This document shows, piece by piece, positions 37,629 through 46,485 of a DNA stretch of 64,000 nt. The translations under genes and the position numbers were made by a program. The stretch's first letter is position 1; each line of letters opens with the position of its first letter. Under the pieces are notes generated by a model. The model made no database searches. It saw only the letters and a program-made list of their open reading frames with translations, and was not told the origin of the DNA. Origin of the DNA: Ignavibacteriota bacterium (GTDB lineage: Bacteria; Bacteroidota; Ignavibacteria; Tepidaquicellales; OLB5); NCBI GenBank assembly GCA_003820375.1, contig RPQH01000011.1, forward strand, positions 4,783-68,782, read 5' to 3'.

Positions 37629-38285
37629 TCATTCTTCATTCTTATTTTTTAACTGCAGAAGCTCTTTCGGCTGTTTCATTAATATATCTGCCTCATCAAT
37701 TTCATCTAAATTTCCATGCCCCCATAAACAACCGATGAACTGACACCCAACGTATTGTGCTGCATTGAGGTCAGACCTCCTGTCACCAATCATAACCCAG
37801 TTATCTGCTGTATTATTCTGGTCTTTTATATAAGCTTTAAGCAGCTCGCCTTTATTATTAATTAAAAGGTCTTCAAGTGTTAGTACGGTCTGGAAATATT
37901 CCTCCAGATTATAATAATGAAGAACAGCTTCCACATATTTCCGTCTGCCGTTTGAGCAAACAAACAGCTTATACTTTTTTGAAAGCTCGTAAACTGTTTC
38001 CGGAATATCCTCATACATATAGCCTCTGCCTTCGTTAATCATATTAACAACTGATACCAGTGTTTCTTTATGAAGTATTGCAATTTCTTCCGCTGTAATA
38101 TTTGGGAACAGGTTTCTGAAAATCTCTGTGATTGGTTTTCCTACCTGGTGAATTATAGCTTCAGATGTCGGCAGCGGCAGCTTTAACTGCGCACGTATAA
38201 TAGCATCTTCGTATGCATCGCCTATAAAACTTTCGGATGAGAACAAAACACCATCCATATCAAAAGCCAAATGCGTAATATTCAT
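37629..38285 (-). CDS. HAD-superfamily hydrolase (phosphatase-like)
   Basis: 218 aa with motif I FDMDGVLF and motif IV-like GDRRSD. Confidence 0.8.
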   Translation of the reverse strand: MNITHLAFDMDGVLFSSESFIGDAYEDAIIRAQLKLPLPTSEAIIHQVGKPITEIFRNLFPNITAEEIAILHKETLVSVVNMINEGRGYMYEDIPETVYELSKKYKLFVCSNGRRKYVEAVLHYYNLEEYFQTVLTLEDLLINNKGELLKAYIKDQNNTADNWVMIGDRRSDLNAAQYVGCQFIGCLWGHGNLDEIDEADILMKQPKELLQLKNKNEE

Positions 38286-38293
38286 GTTAAATT

Positions 38294-38800
38294 TTAAAAA
38301 TCCATTCCATCCCAGCAGTTACCTGTATGCAATTGAGGGCAACAGCTTGATTTTAAATAAATGAAAAACTGCATTCTGTAAGCAACTGCTGTCTTCAAAG
38401 GCATGTCAATCAGGTTTGCACCAAGTGTTTTATTTAATGACCATCCCGGAACAACTTCCCTTGTATTAAGTTCGTCTTCATTTAATCCTGCAAACATTTT
38501 CCGGAATTTTTCAATCTGCACATCCATTGCTTCAGGAAAATTCTCCGGCTTTAATGATGCGGCATTCTTTTCGGCATTAGAGTAGCTTGTCCAATCATTG
38601 GTTTTAAATGTATCACATAACATAGCAGCTGCAAATTCGTATGGCGCAAAGGTAAGATATTGGATTAACTCAAGTGTTGTCCTCATATTCTCATTAGGGC
38701 GGTAATTGAAATCATATCCTTCCGGTATCTTTGAATATAAATGTTTGCATACATTACATTCCTGTATAATGGATTGAAGAAGTTGTTCTTTATTTATCAT
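38294..38800 (-). CDS. hypothetical protein (possibly DinB-like fold)
   Basis: 168-aa ORF, 8 nt upstream of the HAD gene. No firm motif, so the fold assignment is a guess. Confidence 0.45.
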   Translation of the reverse strand: MINKEQLLQSIIQECNVCKHLYSKIPEGYDFNYRPNENMRTTLELIQYLTFAPYEFAAAMLCDTFKTNDWTSYSNAEKNAASLKPENFPEAMDVQIEKFRKMFAGLNEDELNTREVVPGWSLNKTLGANLIDMPLKTAVAYRMQFFIYLKSSCCPQLHTGNCWDGMDF

Positions 38801-38832
38801 ATGTTATAATATTAAAGGGGAGTTTATAATGT

Positions 38833-39201
38833 TTACTCAAACAAGCTTTCGTCTCTTTCAAGAAGCAGGATAGAGTGCTGGTGAACTATAAAATATTTTT
38901 CGCCCTCATAAATTACTTCAATCGCATCCCGTGAAAGAAAAATTGCCAGGTCACCTATTTTTGCCTGCAATGGAATATACCTGATTTTTTCTTCTTCTTT
39001 TTTCCAGGGTTCATCCTCGTCGGTTGGTAAAGATATGGGAAAACCCGGACCGACTTTGACAACATAACCGCTTTTGACCTGTTCTTTTTCCTGGATACCG
39101 GGAGGTAAATACAATCCGCTGTCGGTCTTATCCGATAATGATTTCGGTTTTACGAGAATCCTGTCTCCTACAACTATCAGTTTATCAAGTTTATTTTCCA
39201 T
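38833..39201 (-). CDS. GroES/Cpn10-like protein (no adjacent groEL)
   Basis: 122 aa. VVGDRILVKP..SGLYLP..GYVVKVGPG..GDLAIF matches the Cpn10 pattern, with an acidic insertion (PTDEDEPWKKEEEKIRY). Confidence 0.65.
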   Translation of the reverse strand: MENKLDKLIVVGDRILVKPKSLSDKTDSGLYLPPGIQEKEQVKSGYVVKVGPGFPISLPTDEDEPWKKEEEKIRYIPLQAKIGDLAIFLSRDAIEVIYEGEKYFIVHQHSILLLERDESLFE

Positions 39202-39402
39202 GGTTACACTAATTTACAAAATCTATAAAACATTTAAAATTCAATTCTTTATATATATAACCTTTTAATTATTCTATACATTCAAATGAAGATAAGGAAC
39301 TAATCTTTTGAAAAACCACGTTTTAATTTATAATTGTATATGGCGACATATTTAGTTCTTATAAATTATATAAATACAAATAAAATTAAAGATACTTACG
39401 GA

Positions 39403-40074
39403 ATGCAAATGAAAAGAATATACATTGTACTGATAACCACGATAATTTTAACGCCATCCGGTATTTATTCGCAGGCATACGCAACATTTGATACTGCAAT
39501 GTTTACAGCTTACGGCATTTACCATGCAATGGAGCTTAACAACAGCACGGTGCGTGAAAAAGCATATGCTCTTTCTGCCAGCAATACAAATGACTATACC
39601 GGCCAGGTATGTACTATATTTGATTATATGTATTATAACTGGAATTATGTAAACGATCCGGGCGGCATGGAATATTTTGCAGATGCAACCGAAACGCTGG
39701 AAACTATGACAGGGGATTGTGATGATTATGCTATTGCTATGGTATCTATGCTTTCAAACCTAGGAGGGGATGGGCGTGTAATCTGTGTTTCAGGGCATGC
39801 TTATCCCGAAATGTATCTTGGGAAAGATCTCGATGAAAGTACATTAATTGATTTAAAACAACAGATAAACAGCCATTATGAAAAGCTTTACGGCAGGAAA
39901 AACAAAGTAAGAAATATGCATTACCGCCGTGATTATGACGGTACTTACTGGCTTAATCTCGATTGGCAGTCTGATCATCCCGGAGGAAGATGGGTGGATG
40001 ATTCAAGCGATGCGCAATTTCTTGTAATTTATACAAATGGAACTTGGAGACAGGGTTATCTAAATAATGAATAA
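39403..40074 (+). CDS. secreted transglutaminase-like (papain-fold) protein
   Basis: Cys motif TGDCDDYA and downstream SGHAYPE. Signal peptide MKRIYIVLITTIIL. I prefer the ATG at 39403/39409 over the track TTG at 39334. Confidence 0.6.
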   Translation: MQMKRIYIVLITTIILTPSGIYSQAYATFDTAMFTAYGIYHAMELNNSTVREKAYALSASNTNDYTGQVCTIFDYMYYNWNYVNDPGGMEYFADATETLETMTGDCDDYAIAMVSMLSNLGGDGRVICVSGHAYPEMYLGKDLDESTLIDLKQQINSHYEKLYGRKNKVRNMHYRRDYDGTYWLNLDWQSDHPGGRWVDDSSDAQFLVIYTNGTWRQGYLNNE

Positions 40075-40107
40075 TTAAAGATTTTTTCAAACCTCCTTCT
40101 TTAGACT

Positions 40108-40151
40108 GACATCAATGTCATATTGCTGTATGATGTTGATGTCTTTTTTTA
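40108..40151 (+). terminator. intrinsic terminator
   Basis: GACATCAA (40108-40115) / TTGATGTC (40136-40143) followed by T7. Confidence 0.65.
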
Positions 40152-40161
40152 TTTCTTTCCC

Positions 40162-40292
40162 CTCCTTCCCAAGTTGTACTTGGGAAGGAAATTGAGTTTG
40201 AAATTGTATTTCAATCTTTGATCTCCAATGCTGCTGATGTGTAAGTTCAACTTACAGTACATTTTACTTCCCAAGTACAACTTGGGAAGGAG
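40162..40292. repeat. MITE-like unit bounded by a 26-bp inverted repeat
   Basis: CTCCTTCCCAAGTTGTACTTGGGAAG (40162-40187) and its reverse complement at 40267-40292. Each arm is itself a hairpin. A related word, AACTTGTACTTGTGAAGG, occurs near 14375. Confidence 0.75.
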
Positions 40293-40411
40293 GAAAAGCA
40301 ACTGCCAAAGGCAGTCAAGCCAACAACGGGTAACTAATCAAACCCGTCACTGTCTCAAAAATGCCGCCCGCCTGTACGGGCAGACATGTGGATTTTCTCC
40401 ACAAAAAACCG

Positions 40412-41047
40412 GAGTTGGGTTCAAAACAGTGCTAAGTTAGGTTCAAGTTGTGTCGGAGTTGGGTTCAAGTTGGCATCAAGTTGGGTCATCGTTTTTGGAA
40501 AACAGGGGTTAACTCATTGCAGTATAAGGAGATAACGCCATCAAAAATATGAGATTTTCGATTAAAGATTTGCGATTTTGAGCCGGAAACGGCATTTTTC
40601 TAGCAAAATAAAACTTCACTATATCATTAACCATTATCGCTATGGGAAAAATTTGGTAGCAGATAATTGTCGCTGATGTTGGAGGAGTTAAAGTATTACT
40701 TGAAGGTATTTCCGGTTTATTTTATTCACATCCCGGTCTAATCGCATATTGATTCTTCTTACTTCTAACCTCTGATATATAACTTCTTATAATTGTAAAT
40801 CCTGCTAAAATTGATGGGATTGCCACGCTTTGCTCGCAATTGTGCTTAACATCCAACTATTTTCACCAAAAACTTGACAATAAGCAATTACTATATTAAT
40901 TTAATGTAGTAGTGATTATCATCACTCAGTAACGTTCTTTGATAAAATAGAGATGAATTTATACATGTCGTAATATTGTATGAAAATACTGCTCACTAAT
41001 TTGGTTAGATTTTGGAAGTTTGAAAAAAATATGTACTGAAAAATACC
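40412..41047 (+). repeat. ORF-free modular element, copy B
   Basis: Same order of modules as copy A. Islands identical to A include GGGGTTAACTCATTGCAGTATAAGGAGATAACGCC (40505-40539) and AAAACTTCACTATATCATTAACCATTATCG. Confidence 0.85.
40874..40902 (+). promoter_or_regulatory. conserved orphan promoter of element copy B
   Basis: TTGACA (40874-40879), 17 bp ending CTATAT, TAATTT (40897-40902). Confidence 0.7.
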
Positions 41048-41050
41048 TAA

Positions 41051-41172
41051 AGAGTCAGGAGTTCAAGAGTCTGGAGTCGGGAGTCTGAGAGTTGAGAATC
41101 TAAGAGTTTGAAAGTCAGAGTTATAAGTTCGGGAGTTGAGAGCTATAAGTTTTAAAGTTGCGGGTTATGAGC
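41051..41172 (+). repeat. degenerate 7-9-nt array (GAGTYNR words)
   Basis: GAGTCAGGAGTTCAAGAGTCTGGAGTCGGGAGTCTGAGAGTTGAGAATCTAAGAGTTTGAAAGTCAGAG... Confidence 0.8.
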
Positions 41173-41251
41173 CGGGTGGTGAATACTGTTTTTGTTTTCT
41201 GGATACTCATTTTCCCGAATATATTTGGCAATAAGATTCTATGTTCAGTAT

Positions 41252-42982
41252 TTATTTTGTGTCGCGAAGACAGGAGAAGATAAAATCATTAATATCTTTT
41301 ACAGTAACATTTGGAGTGATTTTCATGAAAGTGGAAGGAGAGTTGTTCTGGTATATCCAGTTGGAAATTAATTTCATACTATCCAGCTCTTCTTTATTAT
41401 ATTTACCGTAATTGTTATATAATACAGAGCCAAAAAGGTTTCCTCTGAAATATATATTCTTAATCAATTCATTCAAAATCTCCTTGCCCTGTGTTGAATC
41501 CTGCAGGGCAGGGGAGACATAAAACGTCTTTACCAGCTTACCACCCGAAATAAAAAACAACTCACCGGAATTTTCCTCCCCGGTTTCCGGGCATTTTACA
41601 ATGTAGTTTTTCAGATTAATCTCTGCAGAGGTTAAAATCATGTTAGCCATTACTTTTTTCAGGTCTTCAATCCTGTCACGTAAAATCGATGCCTCTTCAA
41701 ATTGCAGTTGTTCTGAATATTCAAACATCTTTTTCTCGAGCATCTGAAGTGCTCCCGGGCTTGCTTCCGATTCGAGGAATGTTATAACACGGTTCACCTC
41801 TGCCCTGTAAGCAGGGTGCGGCTCCGAGAAATTGCACGGTGCATTGCATTGCTTAAATTCATGATACATGCAGGTTGAGTGTTTAACCGAAGGTGTTAAT
41901 TTTTTATCATCACATTTACGGAGGAAAAATCCCTTGTAAATCCTGTCAAGCAATGAATTAACCGTATACGAACTGCGGAATGGTCCGTAATATCTTCCGC
42001 CGTCCAGCTTCACCTCAAATGTTTTTTCTGCTTTGGGATACTCGTTCTGCACATCAATTTTGATAAATGGGAAATTGCTGTATCTCTTTGTTGCTGAATT
42101 ATACGGCGGCTTTAATGATTTTATCAGCCTGCTCTCAAGTATTAATGCAGAAAGCTCAGAGCCGGTAATTTCATAATTAACTTTTTGTACTTCACGCAGC
42201 ATTTTTTTTATCTTTGGTGTGTGCGATACATTATGATAGAAATAAGAACGTACCCTGCTGTTGAGATTCTTTGCCTTGCCGACATAAATTATCTTATCAT
42301 GTCTATCTTTCATAAAATATACACCGGAATTAAACGGGATATCCTTCAGCTGCTGCTTGATGCGTTTTATATTGGGTGGTATCTTTTCTGCTTCAAATAT
42401 TTTTTTATACTGGAATGAAAGTATTTCATCAATAGATTCGTATTCATATTCATTCAGCAGTGTATCAATAAACCTGAGGAGTATTTTTGCAGTTGCAGTA
42501 GCATCATCAAGTGCACGGTGTCTTCTTTCAACTTTTATCTGGTAATGTTGTGAAAGTGAATAAAGCGATTTTGACCTGAGATTCTTGTTTAGCCTTCTGG
42601 CAAGCCGTCCTGTACAAATGGTGGGTGTATCAACAGGCATCTCACCGCATCTTTGTAATGAGTTATTCAAAAACTTGTAATCGAACGATACATTATGCCC
42701 TCCCAGAACAACATTATCCGAACCGAAGGCAAAATCCTTTAGAATCGGCACAACTTTATCGAATGTTGGCTTATCGTACACCATTTCATTTGTAATTCCT
42801 GTAAGAGATGTAATATATGATGATATATACATCTGTGGATTTACAAGTGTTGAGAATTCTGAAATAATCTTTCCCTTCTGGATTTTAACCATTCCAATTT
42901 CCGTAATACGGTCATGGACGGCACTTAAACCGGTTGTTTCAACGTCTAATACTATGAATGTTGTATCTGAAATTGAGTTCAA
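41252..42982 (-). CDS. DnaQ-like 3'-5' exonuclease fused to a GIY-YIG (UvrC/Cho N-terminal-like) nuclease
   Basis: Exo motifs FIVLDVETTGL, GHNVSFDYKFL and HRALDDA. Then GVYFMKDRHDKIIYVGKAKNLNSRVRSYF and ELSALILESRLIKSLKPPYN. Confidence 0.85.
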   Translation of the reverse strand: MNSISDTTFIVLDVETTGLSAVHDRITEIGMVKIQKGKIISEFSTLVNPQMYISSYITSLTGITNEMVYDKPTFDKVVPILKDFAFGSDNVVLGGHNVSFDYKFLNNSLQRCGEMPVDTPTICTGRLARRLNKNLRSKSLYSLSQHYQIKVERRHRALDDATATAKILLRFIDTLLNEYEYESIDEILSFQYKKIFEAEKIPPNIKRIKQQLKDIPFNSGVYFMKDRHDKIIYVGKAKNLNSRVRSYFYHNVSHTPKIKKMLREVQKVNYEITGSELSALILESRLIKSLKPPYNSATKRYSNFPFIKIDVQNEYPKAEKTFEVKLDGGRYYGPFRSSYTVNSLLDRIYKGFFLRKCDDKKLTPSVKHSTCMYHEFKQCNAPCNFSEPHPAYRAEVNRVITFLESEASPGALQMLEKKMFEYSEQLQFEEASILRDRIEDLKKVMANMILTSAEINLKNYIVKCPETGEENSGELFFISGGKLVKTFYVSPALQDSTQGKEILNELIKNIYFRGNLFGSVLYNNYGKYNKEELDSMKLISNWIYQNNSPSTFMKITPNVTVKDINDFIFSCLRDTK

Positions 42983-43224
42983 TTTTAACAGAGGAAAAAT
43001 TTTTCAGATAAAATAATAATGTTTAAAATTAACTAAAAAATGCAAAAACTAAAAGGGAAAGCTCATAAACTGCTTAAATACATTCAGTAAAAAATACAGA
43101 TTTTTACGGAATACTTTTATAATATTTTTAATTTTCATAAAAATAATATGTTAGATATGGAACTACTCAAACATTGTTTTAATTTATACTTATAATCAAT
43201 TCAAACTTTATAAATTTATTAAAA

Positions 43225-43857
43225 ATGAGAACATATATTAAATCAGTTATTTTTCTTTTCACATTTTCTTTTTTATTCAGCACATACGGCAGTACATGGA
43301 CAGTTGAGGTAACAAATTTCCAGTTTACACCCAGTAATTTCAATGTCAGTGTCGGCGACAGCATTAAATGGGTATTGATAACGGGTGATCATACAACAAC
43401 TTCAATAAGTGTACCCACAGGTGCTTTATCATGGGATTCACCAATTAATATCAATACGCCAACATACATATATGTACCGGCAGTAGCAGGATTATATCAA
43501 TATAAATGCACGCCGCATTTTCCAACAATGACCGGTTCATTCACTGCAACACCTATTGGAATAATACCGATAAGCAGTAATGTGCCTGAAAAATTTAATC
43601 TTTATCAGAATTATCCTAATCCATTCAACCCGGTAACAAAAATAAAATTCGATATTCCGTCAATAGCATCGGGTAGTGCTAAACTAACTGTATATAATAT
43701 TCTTGGCAGTGAAGTAGCTTCACTGGTGAATGAACAATTAAATGCCGGTACATATGAAGTAGAATGGAATGCTTCCAATTATCCAAGCGGAGTTTATTTT
43801 TACACATTACAGGCAGGAGCATTTACAGAGACAAAGAAGATAACACTTATCAAATAA
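43225..43857 (+). CDS. cupredoxin (plastocyanin/azurin-like blue copper protein) with T9SS CTD
   Basis: Type-1 Cu ligand pattern GDHTT (His) and YKCTPHFPTM (Cys-x2-His-x3-Met). CTD LYQNYPNPFNP..GVYFYTL..KKITLIK. Confidence 0.8.
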   Translation: MRTYIKSVIFLFTFSFLFSTYGSTWTVEVTNFQFTPSNFNVSVGDSIKWVLITGDHTTTSISVPTGALSWDSPININTPTYIYVPAVAGLYQYKCTPHFPTMTGSFTATPIGIIPISSNVPEKFNLYQNYPNPFNPVTKIKFDIPSIASGSAKLTVYNILGSEVASLVNEQLNAGTYEVEWNASNYPSGVYFYTLQAGAFTETKKITLIK

Positions 43858-43871
43858 CAGGTAACAATTAT

Positions 43872-43908
43872 AAAAAAAGCCGCTTTGATACAAGCGGCTT
43901 TTTTATTT
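43872..43908. terminator. bidirectional terminator between convergent genes
   Basis: A7-AGCCGCTT..AAGCGGCT-T6ATTT. Confidence 0.85.
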
Positions 43909-43920
43909 GCTTTAAACTTT

Positions 43921-44631
43921 TTATTTTTTGTTTGTTCTCTTCTTAAAAGGAGCTTTTATTTTAATCAGTCTTATCTTCCACCAGTTCTCAAACCTGTTCT
44001 CTTCGCCGTGCATTAAACGTTTTATATTGGCACGGTGATTATAAACAAGAAAAATTGCCACAAATAAGCTGAAATAAATTAATGTATGATAACCGTTAAT
44101 CTCTACATCAAATACATTTTCTCTTAAGAACATAACAAGCGGGAAAGCAAAAGCTGCAGAAATGGAGCCGAGTGAAACATAACCGGATGAAAAAAGAACT
44201 AATACAAATACTCCGATTGCAATTGTAGCATCAATCGGTGCCAAACTGACAAGCATGCCTGCCGCGGTATTAATACCTTTTCCGCCTTTGAATCCTGCAA
44301 AAATTGTCCATACATGACCTGCTATTGCTGAGATACCCGCGATTATTTGTACTACTGCAAAATCTTCAAACGGTGTAACATTTTCAAAAGGAAGCTGGCC
44401 GTAAAAAAATCTTGATATCAATAATGTAGCAATCAGCCCTTTGCTTATATCAACAAGCTGAACTAATGCGCCTAGCTTCCATCCAAGTACACGGAAAGCA
44501 TTTGTGCTTCCCATATTCCTGCTTCCGAATTTCCTTGGATCCATTCCTTTAAAATGTTTTCCAATGAGCATAGCAGTTGGAAATGAACCAACAAGATAAC
44601 TGAATATAATGACTAGTAATAATGAAAGCAT
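43921..44631 (-). CDS. plsY: glycerol-3-phosphate acyltransferase PlsY (with a basic C-terminal extension)
   Basis: YLVGSFPTAMLIGK, GSRNMGSTNAFRVLG and FKGGKG motifs. Confidence 0.9.
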   Translation of the reverse strand: MLSLLLVIIFSYLVGSFPTAMLIGKHFKGMDPRKFGSRNMGSTNAFRVLGWKLGALVQLVDISKGLIATLLISRFFYGQLPFENVTPFEDFAVVQIIAGISAIAGHVWTIFAGFKGGKGINTAAGMLVSLAPIDATIAIGVFVLVLFSSGYVSLGSISAAFAFPLVMFLRENVFDVEINGYHTLIYFSLFVAIFLVYNHRANIKRLMHGEENRFENWWKIRLIKIKAPFKKRTNKK

Positions 44632-44646
44632 AAATTGATTTAGATT

Positions 44647-44889
44647 TTAATGAACCGACTCTATTCTTTTAATTTCGGGCACTTCATGCATTATGGCTCT
44701 TTCAATGCCGGCTCTAAGCGTCATTGGACTCATTGCACAGTTCGTACATGAACCGAGAAATTTTACTTCTGCAATTCCGTCATCTGTTACTCTTACCAGC
44801 TCGACATCACCGCCATCTATTTGCAAAAAAGGCCTGATGTGTTCTAAAACCAACTGAATTTTATTGATAACTTCAGCCAGGTTTTCCAT
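44647..44889 (-). CDS. NifU/Nfu-like Fe-S cluster scaffold domain protein
   Basis: 80 aa with IRPFLQIDGGDVELV and GSCTNCAMS (CxxC). Confidence 0.85.
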   Translation of the reverse strand: MENLAEVINKIQLVLEHIRPFLQIDGGDVELVRVTDDGIAEVKFLGSCTNCAMSPMTLRAGIERAIMHEVPEIKRIESVH

Positions 44890-44962
44890 TTTTAAAAAAT
44901 AATAAGTATAAGTTACTAATTTATATAATAATTATCAGTGAAAAAATAACGCGTGAAATTTT

Positions 44963-45814
44963 CTATAATGAAATCTCTATTTTCGGCTGCCCCGGTCTTT
45001 CGCCTCTGGATATGACTTCCGAAACAAGACTTTTGGCAATCTCAGTAAATTGTTTCGCCTCAACTGAATCAGGATTGCGTAATACAATAGGATTGCCTTC
45101 ATCACCGCCTAAACGTATCTGTGTATTGATAGCAATCTCACCCAGGAAATTAATATCCATCTCTTTGCTGAGCTTATCACCACCGCCCTTGCCGAAAATA
45201 TAATCCTTTGTGCCATCGGGATTATTGTAATAACTCATGTTCTCAATTATGCCAAGAACAGGAACATTTACTTTCTCAAACATCTTAGCACCTTTACGTG
45301 CATCTATCAATGATATATCCTGCGGAGTTGTAACTATTACTGCACCTGTTAACGGGATAGTCTGCGTTAAAGTCAATTGTATATCACCTGTACCCGGAGG
45401 CATGTCGTATAAAAGAAAATCAAGTTCATCCCATGCAACATCATTCATAAATTGTTTTAATGCACTTGATGCCATTGGCCCGCGCCATACAACTGCTTCA
45501 TTTGCATCCACAAGAAATCCGATTGACATAAGCTTCAAACTGTATTTAACAATTGGGAGCAGCTTATTTCTATCACCGATCTTTACAATTTTTGGTCTCT
45601 CATTTACACCAAGCATCATAGGTATAGATGGACCGTATATATCGGCATCTATAAGACCAACTTTATAACCTTCTTTGGCGAGCGCTGCGGCTAAATTAAC
45701 TGCAACGGTAGATTTTCCTACTCCGCCTTTACCTGATGCTATGGCTATTGTATATTTAACGTCCGGTAATATTTCTTCTCCACTTTGACTCTGGAAATTT
45801 GGTATTTCTGCCAT
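44963..45814 (-). CDS. apbC: Mrp/ApbC-family Fe-S cluster carrier ATPase
   Basis: Deviant Walker A SGKGGVGKST. DADIYGPS. MPPGTGD. Confidence 0.9.
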   Translation of the reverse strand: MAEIPNFQSQSGEEILPDVKYTIAIASGKGGVGKSTVAVNLAAALAKEGYKVGLIDADIYGPSIPMMLGVNERPKIVKIGDRNKLLPIVKYSLKLMSIGFLVDANEAVVWRGPMASSALKQFMNDVAWDELDFLLYDMPPGTGDIQLTLTQTIPLTGAVIVTTPQDISLIDARKGAKMFEKVNVPVLGIIENMSYYNNPDGTKDYIFGKGGGDKLSKEMDINFLGEIAINTQIRLGGDEGNPIVLRNPDSVEAKQFTEIAKSLVSEVISRGERPGQPKIEISL

Positions 45815-45899
45815 AAAATTTTAATATTATCAACAAATATAGTGATATTCCCTTACAGATATTATAACAAAATAAGAGCCTATATAAGTTCTTAATTAT

Positions 45900-46343
45900 T
45901 TAATTATCAGTATGTTCACTGCAAATATAATCCTTAACATACCACCATGGGTCTATGTAACCATTGTCTGCATCTGATATTCCCATAGGGATAACTCTGT
46001 ATTGCCCGTATTCTTCTTTAAACTTGAATGCCAGAAGATGCTTCCATGAAGTGCCTCCTATGGTCGCTATGCAAATATCACCTGAAGCAAACAAAACTTC
46101 GAATTCCTCCGGTGAATAATTATTTATTTTATATTTCTTTAAGTTTACGTGTTTAATTTCAAGCCAATCTTCGGATATGTATTTTTTCAGCTTATCTGAT
46201 TGACCGCTCTTAAATATTTCAAGAATTTCGGTAGTTACCTGTTTCATTTTCGTCGATGAAAGCTCTTCACCATTCCCCGATGAATATACTTTGGCTGTAT
46301 AAATAAATAATACTAAAAGAATTGGAATTAATATTTTTTTCAT
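45900..46343 (-). CDS. hypothetical secreted protein
   Basis: 147 aa with signal peptide MKKILIPILLVLFIYTAKVYS. No motif recognised. Confidence 0.55.
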   Translation of the reverse strand: MKKILIPILLVLFIYTAKVYSSGNGEELSSTKMKQVTTEILEIFKSGQSDKLKKYISEDWLEIKHVNLKKYKINNYSPEEFEVLFASGDICIATIGGTSWKHLLAFKFKEEYGQYRVIPMGISDADNGYIDPWWYVKDYICSEHTDN

Positions 46344-46485
46344 GACTGTGATATTAATTTGGTAAAAGTTAAAATTTTTTTTATAGAATGCTCATCCGAC
46401 GACCTGTGCTATTATCAATCATTCGTATTTCAAATGCTCATATCAATTTTCGAAAGTCGTAAGACGAATGAACTTTAAATACCTA

